43,741 nt of DNA from Actinomycetota bacterium (GTDB lineage Bacteria > Actinomycetota > Thermoleophilia > Gaiellales > Gaiellaceae), in contig JBKOXJ010000129.1 in NCBI GenBank assembly GCA_046724905.1, positions 1 to 43,741 on the forward strand, written 5' to 3'. A program made the position numbers and the translations under genes. The notes under the pieces are model-generated. The model was not told the DNA's origin and searched no databases. It saw nothing but the letters and a program-made list of their open reading frames with translations. Numbering within the stretch: the stretch's first letter is position 1; every line of letters starts with the position of its first letter. Shown piece after piece: positions 1 to 6,165 of this stretch.

Positions 1-2
1 AG

Positions 3-227
3 CTTTCGTCGTATCGCTTCGGGCCGCCCTCGGGGCACACGCACGCCGACGTGCTGCTCGAAGCGCACAGGATCCGGGTCGAGCGCGGCGACTACAACAT
101 CGACCAGGAGCATCTCGCGGACGCAATCGAGGCCCTGGTCGAGCGGTCGCGCACGTCCCTTTCCGACGACCGACTACCGAAGGATCCCTACGACCGAAGC
201 GGGAGGGTCACATGGCCTACACGGTGA
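3..227 (+). CDS. 3' end of an upstream gene (partial; product not recognised)
   Basis: Frame 3 is open from the window edge to TGA at 225-227. It has high third-position G+C and protein-like composition (..HTHADVLLEAHRIRVERGDYNIDQEHLADAIEALVERS..). No start lies inside the window and I recognise no family. Confidence 0.3.
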   Translation, partial: LSSYRFGPPSGHTHADVLLEAHRIRVERGDYNIDQEHLADAIEALVERSRTSLSDDRLPKDPYDRSGRVTWPTR

Positions 228-907
228 ACATCCTCAAGCCGAGCGTGAACAACCTGACCGTTCGGATCTTCATGCGGGCCGCCGGGCTCGACTTCGAAGA
301 GGTCGACGTGTGGGGGAAGACGACGGAGCCGGAGTACATCGCGAAGTACCCCGCCCACCTGACCCCGATGATCGAGGAAGAAGGCCTGCCGCGGGGCGCC
401 CTCGGGGAGAGCTGCGCGATTATGGCCTACCTCTGCAACAAGCACGGCCTCGAGCGCTTCTATCCGACCGACCCGGCTAAGCGGGCGATGATCGACAACG
501 CGAACTTCTACTTGATCGGCACGCTCTATCCCGTCCTTACGCGCGCGACCTACCCGACGCTCGGCTTCCCGCAGTACCCGGGCGAGGTCGCGACCGCGGA
601 GGGCGCCGACGACGAGATGAAGGCGAGGGCCCAGCAGGACGCCGAGGCCGCGCTCGCCGACCCGCTCGACGTCTACAACACGTTCTTCCTTGCCGGAAAG
701 CCGTTCATCGGCGGCGACTCGCCGTCGATCGCGGACTTCCGCTTCGCCGCGACGCTCGAGTTCCTGCGGGCGATCGACTACGGCTTCCCGTCGTGGGCCG
801 AGGACTACCTGGCCCGGATGGAGGAGACGCTCGGCGATGCGTACACCGAGCCGGCCTCGGACGTGCGCGGCTACATCCAGTCGGTGAAGGCGCCGAGCGT
901 CGCCTAG
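212..907 (+). CDS. glutathione S-transferase family protein
   Basis: 231 aa. It has a thioredoxin-like N-terminal half and a helical C-terminal half with a typical GST layout (..SCAIMAYLCNKHG.., ..FIGGDSPSIADF..). GGGAGGG Shine-Dalgarno at 201-207, 4-5 nt before the ATG. Confidence 0.8.
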   Translation: MAYTVNILKPSVNNLTVRIFMRAAGLDFEEVDVWGKTTEPEYIAKYPAHLTPMIEEEGLPRGALGESCAIMAYLCNKHGLERFYPTDPAKRAMIDNANFYLIGTLYPVLTRATYPTLGFPQYPGEVATAEGADDEMKARAQQDAEAALADPLDVYNTFFLAGKPFIGGDSPSIADFRFAATLEFLRAIDYGFPSWAEDYLARMEETLGDAYTEPASDVRGYIQSVKAPSVA

Positions 908-945
908 CCCGGAACCGCGGCGTCCAAACCAGCACCCTGGGCGGC

Positions 946-977
946 TTGACATCGATCTATTCAAACATTAGTTTGAA
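946..977 (+). promoter_or_regulatory. candidate promoter plus perfect palindromic operator of the ArsR-rhodanese operon
   Basis: TTGACA at 946-951. TAGTTT (TAnnnT) at 969-974, with 17 nt spacing. Perfect inverted repeat TTCAAAC-ATTA-GTTTGAA at 960-977 in an unusually A/T-rich patch, ending 3 nt before the GTG start at 981. Confidence 0.55.
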
Positions 978-980
978 CAT

Positions 981-1646
981 GTGAGTACTTACCCGGCGAA
1001 GGACGCCCTGTTCGACGCATTCGCCTCGGTTGCAGCCGCGCTCGGGAACGGGCGCCGCGCGGTGATCGTCGACGTGCTCGCGCAGGGCGAGCGCTCGGTG
1101 GAGGAGGTCGCCTCCGAGGCGGGCCAGAGCGTGGCAGCGACGTCGCACCACCTCCGGCTGCTCGCGAAATCCGGCCTGGCGAGGTCGCGGCGCGAGGGCA
1201 ACCGCGTCTTCTACCGGCTCGCGAGCAGGCGGGTCGCCGACCTGTGGGCGGCCGTGCGGGACGTGGCCGCACAGCACGTGGCGGAAGTCACCGTCCTCGC
1301 CGCGGAGTACCTGGGCGAACGCGACGGCGTCGAGCTCCTCTCCGCGCAGGAGCTGCGCGAGCGGATGGAGCAGGGCAAGGTCGTCGTCCTCGACGTTCGG
1401 CCGGCGGTCGAGTACCGGGCCGGGCACATCCGGGGCGCGCTCTCGGCTCCGCTCGATCAGCTCGAGTCCATCGCCTCGCGGCTGGCCAAGCGGCGCGAGG
1501 TCGTCGCCTACTGCCGCGGCCCCTACTGCGTCTACGCCGACGAGGCGGTCCGGCTCCTGCAGGCACACGGCCTCCGTGCCCGCCGCCTCGACGTCGGCTT
1601 TCCCGAGTGGCGCCGCGCCGGGCTTCCGGTCGAGCTGGCGAGCTGA
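981..1646 (+). CDS. ArsR/SmtB-family winged-helix regulator fused to a C-terminal rhodanese domain
   Basis: 221 aa. ArsR HTH region (..SVEEVASEAGQSVAATSHHLRLLAKSGLARSRREGNRVFYRL..), followed by a rhodanese fold (..VVLDVRPAVEYRAGHIRGA..) with active-site loop CRGPYC at nt 1512-1529. GTG start with no room for a leader. Confidence 0.85.
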   Translation: MSTYPAKDALFDAFASVAAALGNGRRAVIVDVLAQGERSVEEVASEAGQSVAATSHHLRLLAKSGLARSRREGNRVFYRLASRRVADLWAAVRDVAAQHVAEVTVLAAEYLGERDGVELLSAQELRERMEQGKVVVLDVRPAVEYRAGHIRGALSAPLDQLESIASRLAKRREVVAYCRGPYCVYADEAVRLLQAHGLRARRLDVGFPEWRRAGLPVELAS

Positions 1647-1654
1647 CTGTCCCG

Positions 1655-2407
1655 ATGGTGCTTCGACCGTTTCTGTACGCGCCGGGGTCGTGCGCGAGCT
1701 ATCTCTTCGGTTGCACCTCGCACGGCAAGCTCGCAGTGGTCGACGCGCACGGCGATCTCGTCGACGAGTACGTCGCCGCCGCAGCGGCGATCGGGTCGCC
1801 GATCACGGCGGTGTTCGAGACGCACGTGCAGGCAGACCACGTCTCTGGGCTTCCGGCTCTCGTCGAGCGGACCGGAGCGACGGCATACGTCCCGGCGGGG
1901 GCGGGCGTCGGGTTCGCGCACGTCCCACTCGCCGACGGCGACGTCGTCGAGCTCGGGAACACCGTCGTGACGGCGATCGCGACCCCGGGACACGCGCCCG
2001 CGCATCACGCGTACTCAGTCGCCGACCGGCGGCGGGGGACGGAGGAGCCGTGGCTCGTCTTCACGGGTGATTCCCTGCTGATCGGCGACGTCGGCCGCCC
2101 GGATCTGCACGTCGACGGCGACAGCGAAGGGCAGGCCCGGCTTCTGCAGCAGAGCCTGCGCCGCCTGCTGGCGCTACCCGACCACGTGATCGTCTACCCG
2201 AGCCACTACGGGGGCTCTGTCTGCGGCCGCAGCCTCTCCGGCAACCCGATCTCGTCGATCGGCTTCGAGCGCGCGCACAACCGGATGCTGGCGATCACAG
2301 ATCCGGACGCGTTCGCAACCGCACTGGTCGCCGAGGCACCGCCGCCGCCGGCCGATCAGGAGCAGATCGTCGCCGCGAATCGCTCAGGCACGGGGACGCC
2401 TGCATGA
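1655..2407 (+). CDS. MBL-fold metallo-hydrolase, persulfide dioxygenase (ETHE1/Blh)-like
   Basis: The internal ATG at 1655 of the 1244-2407 frame gives a typical MBL N-terminus (MVLRPFLYAPGSCASYLFGC..AVVDAH). The metal motif reads H-V-Q-A-D-H at nt 1823-1840. Later TPGHAPAH and GD..GRPDL motifs are present. The upstream part of that ORF is Arg/Pro-rich out-of-frame junk overlapping the ArsR gene. Confidence 0.8.
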   Translation: MVLRPFLYAPGSCASYLFGCTSHGKLAVVDAHGDLVDEYVAAAAAIGSPITAVFETHVQADHVSGLPALVERTGATAYVPAGAGVGFAHVPLADGDVVELGNTVVTAIATPGHAPAHHAYSVADRRRGTEEPWLVFTGDSLLIGDVGRPDLHVDGDSEGQARLLQQSLRRLLALPDHVIVYPSHYGGSVCGRSLSGNPISSIGFERAHNRMLAITDPDAFATALVAEAPPPPADQEQIVAANRSGTGTPA

Positions 2408-3666
2408 CCACCGCACGGCTCGGCCTCCGTGCCAATGCCGGCCAGTTCGCGTTACTCGTCGCGCTGAACGCGCTCGTCGGGGCGATGGTGGGGCTCGAGC
2501 GGAGCGTCCTGCCGATCGTCGGCAAAGAGGACTTCGGGCTGCGCTCTACGGTCGCGATCCTCAGCTTCGTAGCCGCCTTCGGCGCCGCAAAGGCACTGGC
2601 GAATCTCGCCGCGGGCGCGCTCGCGGACCACGTCGGGCGCAAGCGACTGCTCGTTGCAGGCTGGGTCGTGGTCTTGCCTGTGCCGGTCCTGATCGGGCTG
2701 GCGCCTTCGTGGTGGTGGATCGTCGCTGCGAACGTCTTGCTGGGCGTGAATCAGGGGTTCGCCTGGTCGATGACCGTGGTGATGAAGATCGACCTCGCCG
2801 GCCCGGCGCGGCGAGGCCTCGCCCTGGGGCTGAACGAATCGGCCGGGTACCTCGGGCTCGCCGTCGCGGCGCTTGCGACCGGTGTGCTGGCCGCCGAGTA
2901 CGCGCCGCGAACGGTGGTCTGGGTGGGAGCCGCCGCGCTGGCGACGGCCGGACTGCTCGTCAGCGTCGCTTTCGTCCGCGACACGGCCGCGCACGTGCGG
3001 CTGGAGCTGGAGGCGCTCGGCGCCGCCGCTGTCATGCCGTTCGGCGCGGCATTCGTCCGGACGAGCTTTAGCCATCCCGCTCTGCGAGCCTGCAGCCAGG
3101 CCGGGTTCGTGAACAACCTCAACGACGCGCTCGCGTGGGGTCTCGCGCCGCTCTATCTCGCTGCACACGGGGCGGGCGTTCACGAGATCGGGCTCGTCGC
3201 GGCCACATACCCCTTCGTGTGGGGCGTCGGCCAGCTCGCGACCGGCTGGCTCTCCGACGCGATCGGCCGCAAGCCGCTGATCACGGCCGGCATGTTCCTC
3301 CAGGCAGGCGCGCTGGGCCTGCTCGTCGCCGGTCACGGCTCGTTCGCGCCTGCCCTGGCGGCTGCCGTCCTGCTCGGTCTCGGCACTGCGATGGTCTACC
3401 CGACGCTGCTCGCCGCGGTCTCCGACGCCGCGCAACCCCGCGAGCGTGCGCAAGCGGTCGGCGTCTACAGGTTCTGGCGCGACGTCGGCTTCGTCGCGGG
3501 CGCGCTGATCGCGGGGCTCGCCGCCGACGCTACGTCCGCCTCGACGGCAATCGTCGTCGTCGCCGCCCTGACCGCGGCCAGCGGCTTTGCCGTCGCCGCG
3601 ACGCCGTGGCAGGCTCCGGCAGATCTCCGGCTCCGACCTCCGGACTGGAAAGGAGAGCTCGCGTGA
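2404..3666 (+). CDS. MFS transporter
   Basis: 420 aa, about 12 hydrophobic segments. MFS motif A-like loop (..LADHVGRKRLL.. and ..LSDAIGRKPLI..). ATGA overlap with the preceding stop. Confidence 0.85.
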   Translation: MTTARLGLRANAGQFALLVALNALVGAMVGLERSVLPIVGKEDFGLRSTVAILSFVAAFGAAKALANLAAGALADHVGRKRLLVAGWVVVLPVPVLIGLAPSWWWIVAANVLLGVNQGFAWSMTVVMKIDLAGPARRGLALGLNESAGYLGLAVAALATGVLAAEYAPRTVVWVGAAALATAGLLVSVAFVRDTAAHVRLELEALGAAAVMPFGAAFVRTSFSHPALRACSQAGFVNNLNDALAWGLAPLYLAAHGAGVHEIGLVAATYPFVWGVGQLATGWLSDAIGRKPLITAGMFLQAGALGLLVAGHGSFAPALAAAVLLGLGTAMVYPTLLAAVSDAAQPRERAQAVGVYRFWRDVGFVAGALIAGLAADATSASTAIVVVAALTAASGFAVAATPWQAPADLRLRPPDWKGELA

Positions 3667-4118
3667 TCGAGTCGACCCTTCCTTGGTGGATCGCGGGCCC
3701 GATGATCGGGCTCGTGATCGTCACGCTGATCGCCCTCGCGAACAAGAGGTTCGGCGTCGTCGGCGGTGTCACCGACCTCGTGCACGGATCCTCGGAGGGC
3801 CGCGGCCTCCGCAGCTGGCGCACGCTGCTCCTCCTCGGGATGGTGCTCGGCGGCGCCGGCTACGCACTGCTCGCGGGGGCGCCCGATGCCGGCCTGGCCT
3901 ACTCCTGGCTCGACGCGCACCTTTCCTCGACCGCGGAGACCGGAGTCCTCTTCGGCGCGGGTGTGCTGATCGGCGTCGGCGCGCGCACGGCCTGCGGCTG
4001 CACCTCCGGCCACGGGCTCACCGGCTCTGCGCTCGGCTCACCGGCGAGCTTCGTCTCGATCATGACGATCATGGCCTCTGCGATCGCGACCACCCTCGTC
4101 CTCGAGGCGGTGATTTGA
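3663..4118 (+). CDS. YeeE/YedE-family sulfur-compound transporter component
   Basis: The GTG at 3663 (GTGA overlap with the MFS stop) gives VIESTLPWWIAGPMIGL.., with the conserved ..GARTACGCTSGHG.. cysteine motif. About 4 TM segments. Confidence 0.75.
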   Translation: MIESTLPWWIAGPMIGLVIVTLIALANKRFGVVGGVTDLVHGSSEGRGLRSWRTLLLLGMVLGGAGYALLAGAPDAGLAYSWLDAHLSSTAETGVLFGAGVLIGVGARTACGCTSGHGLTGSALGSPASFVSIMTIMASAIATTLVLEAVI

Positions 4119-4119
4119 G

Positions 4120-4581
4120 ATGAAGCTGCGTCTCTCCGCGCTCGCGCTCGGGATCGTCTCCGGTTTCGTGTTCGGGTGGGCGCGGCTGACGGACCCGCAA
4201 ACCTTCCACGACATGCTCTCGCTCGATTCGCCGCGCGTCTATCTGCTGATGGCGTCGGCCGTCGCAGTCGCGTTCGTCGGCGTACGGCTCGTGCGCGGGC
4301 GGCGAGCCGTGCTCACTGGTGAGCCGATCGGTTGGCAGCGAACCCGTCCGACGCGCAGCCATGTGATCGGCAGCGCGCTCTTCGGCATCGGCTGGGGGAT
4401 CACGGACGCGTGTCCCGGCCCGACGGCTGCGCAGCTCGGCGGGGGCCGCGTGCTCGCGCTCGCCGTCGCCGCCGGCATCATCGTTGGCGTCTGGCTGCAG
4501 CCGGCGCTCGCCCGCGCCTTCGAGTGCCACCGAAAACCCGACGAGAGGCGCTCGGTGGTGGCAGCGGCGGAGGTGCTCTAA
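4120..4581 (+). CDS. YeeE/YedE-family membrane protein (second half-transporter, DUF6691-like)
   Basis: 153 aa. Starts 1 nt after the previous stop. Has ..GIGWGITDACPGP.. , the motif typical of the partner subunit, and about 4 TM segments. Confidence 0.8.
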   Translation: MKLRLSALALGIVSGFVFGWARLTDPQTFHDMLSLDSPRVYLLMASAVAVAFVGVRLVRGRRAVLTGEPIGWQRTRPTRSHVIGSALFGIGWGITDACPGPTAAQLGGGRVLALAVAAGIIVGVWLQPALARAFECHRKPDERRSVVAAAEVL

Positions 4582-4583
4582 CG

Positions 4584-4916
4584 ATGGCCGTCGACGTCGA
4601 GATCGACGTCGAGCTCCTCAAGAGCGAGATCAAGAAGACCTACTCCTCTGTCTCCGAGCAACCCGAGAAAGACTTCATCTTCCCGACGGGACGTAGCTGG
4701 GCGGAAGACCTCGACTACCCGCCGGAGCTGGCCAACGTACGCGACCGTGCGGCCGAGTCGTTCGCAGGCGTCGCCAATCCGTTCTCGCTCGGGCGGCTCC
4801 ACGCGGGCGAGCGCGTGCTCGATCTCGGCAGCGGCGCGGGCGTCGACTCGCTGGTTGGGCGCACGACCCTCGCCTGCGCGAGCGTGCGCGAAGACACTCA
4901 GAGCCGCTCGGCTTGA
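4584..4916 (+). pseudogene. N-terminal fragment of an ArsM/UbiE-like SAM methyltransferase
   Basis: MAVDVEIDVELLKSEIKKTYSSVSEQPEKDFIFPTGRSWAEDLDYPPELA..GERVLDLGSGAGVDSLV looks like a normal N-terminus plus SAM motif I up to about nt 4857. After that the frame runs into unrelated sequence and stops at 4916. Confidence 0.7.
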
Positions 4917-4965
4917 CGAACCATCTCGTCGAATACGTCGACGGGAAAGACTCACGGTCGTCGGG

Positions 4966-5547
4966 TCAGGCGGCGGGCGGATGTTTCCAGACGACTGTCT
5001 TCCGCCCCGAATCTACAGGGGTGACGGTTTCTGTAGGTATGGCACCGAGTCTCTCCGCGACTCGTTGAGAGCGGACGTTGTCGGACGAGATCAGAGAAAC
5101 GAGCTGTTCGATGGATCGACACTCATATGCCCATTCCCGGATTGCCGCGGCTGCTTCGGTCGCGTATCCGTGGCCCCAGTGCGCCCGTATCAAGGCCCAC
5201 CCAAGCTCGGGCTGAGCATGGCTTCCTGCGTTAGCCCAGGTCGAGGGTGTCCAGCCCCGTGTGTCGAAGATCATGAGACCGGCCTGGCCGACCACCTGCC
5301 GGTTGGTAGCCGCGGTCTCAATAATGAACGCACCGAGCGCGTCCGTTCTCCAACCGGCGATCCATTCTTCGATGATGGCTCGTGCTTCCTCGGGTGCTGA
5401 GACGGGCTCTTTGCTCAAGCCATGCATGACGTCGGGGTCCTTGAACAGGTCGTAGAGAGCGTCCGCATCCCGCGGAGTCGGCGTGCGTAGGCGAAGCCTG
5501 TCCGTGTAGAGGCGGAGCCCCTCCCAGCACGGGGTGTTATGAGCCAC
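4966..5547 (-). CDS. GNAT-family N-acetyltransferase (RimJ/RimL-like)
   Basis: 193 aa. ..LRLRTPTPRDADALYDLF.., ..ELGWALIRAHWGHGYATEAAAAIREWAY.., ..SDNVRSQRVAERLG.. . It lies antisense between the two methyltransferase fragments and is visibly richer in A/T than its flanks. Confidence 0.85.
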   Translation of the reverse strand: MAHNTPCWEGLRLYTDRLRLRTPTPRDADALYDLFKDPDVMHGLSKEPVSAPEEARAIIEEWIAGWRTDALGAFIIETAATNRQVVGQAGLMIFDTRGWTPSTWANAGSHAQPELGWALIRAHWGHGYATEAAAAIREWAYECRSIEQLVSLISSDNVRSQRVAERLGAIPTETVTPVDSGRKTVVWKHPPAA

Positions 5548-5643
5548 GCGGCGAGGCTAGCCGGAGGCTGCAAATGCCGCTTGCGCGAGTCTCCCCTAGG
5601 TCCGGTGGTCGGGTATTACCGCTACTCCGTAGTCGCTGCGTAG

Positions 5644-6060
5644 ATGGTTGGCGAGCACGGGCACGTCACAGGAATCGACACGACGCCGGCGATGCTGGCG
5701 AAGGCGCCTGCCGCCGCGGCTGAGCTGGGCGCCGCCAACGTCGAGTTCCTGGAGGGCGAGGCCGAGCAGCTGCCCTTCGCGGACGAGAGCTTCGACGTCG
5801 TGATCTCGAACGGCGTCATCGACCTGATCCCGGACAAGGACGCCGTGTTCTCCGAGCTCTCCCGCGTCCTCGTGTCCGGTGGCCGCATCCAGGTCGCAGA
5901 CGTGACGATCCAGAACCCGGTCGCGCCGAGGGCCGCCGCAACATCGACCTCTGGACCGGCTGAATAGCCGGGGCGCTGCTCGAGGCGGTACGCAAACCTG
6001 CTAGCGCGACACGGCTTCGAGCAGATCGAGACCGGCCAGCTCGTCGACACCCACGCACGT
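5644..6060 (+). pseudogene. C-terminal fragment of the same ArsM/UbiE-like methyltransferase (decayed); end approximate
   Basis: The fragment resumes at the expected next residues (MVGEHGHVTGIDTTPAML..NVEFLEGEAEQLPFADESFDVVISNGVIDLIPDKDAVFSELSRVLVSGGRIQVADV). A frameshift near 5920-5927 follows, then TGA at 5961-5963 where the conserved Cys of DLWTG-C-IAGAL is expected. A second frameshift lies near 5985-5989, before ..YANLLARHGFEQIE.. . Confidence 0.7.
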
Positions 6061-6165
6061 TCCAAGTTCGAGCAAGCAGGCTGCTCGCATCGCGAGGCAC
6101 CCCAAGGAAATCCTCAGCCTTTTGACGCAGGCCCGGCTCGCTGCGACGGCTCGTCGCGGCCGCGA

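Noticed and set aside
4956-5614. An 11-nt direct repeat, GGTCGTCGGGT (4956-4966) and GGTGGTCGGGT (5604-5614), bracketing the GNAT gene as a possible target-site duplication.
   Set aside because: It matches at 10 of 11 positions and is G/C-rich in G/C-rich DNA. My rough estimate is that such a match between two 100-nt flanks is not statistically unusual. It also does not coincide with the points where methyltransferase homology breaks (about 4857 and 5640).
5961-5963. An in-frame TGA exactly at the conserved Cys position of the methyltransferase motif DLWTG-C-IAGAL, which could be read as a selenocysteine codon.
   Set aside because: The same gene is interrupted by the GNAT insert and has two frameshifts within 70 nt of the TGA. 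I see no convincing SECIS-like hairpin just downstream, and no sel genes are in the window. A nonsense mutation in a decaying pseudogene is the simpler reading.
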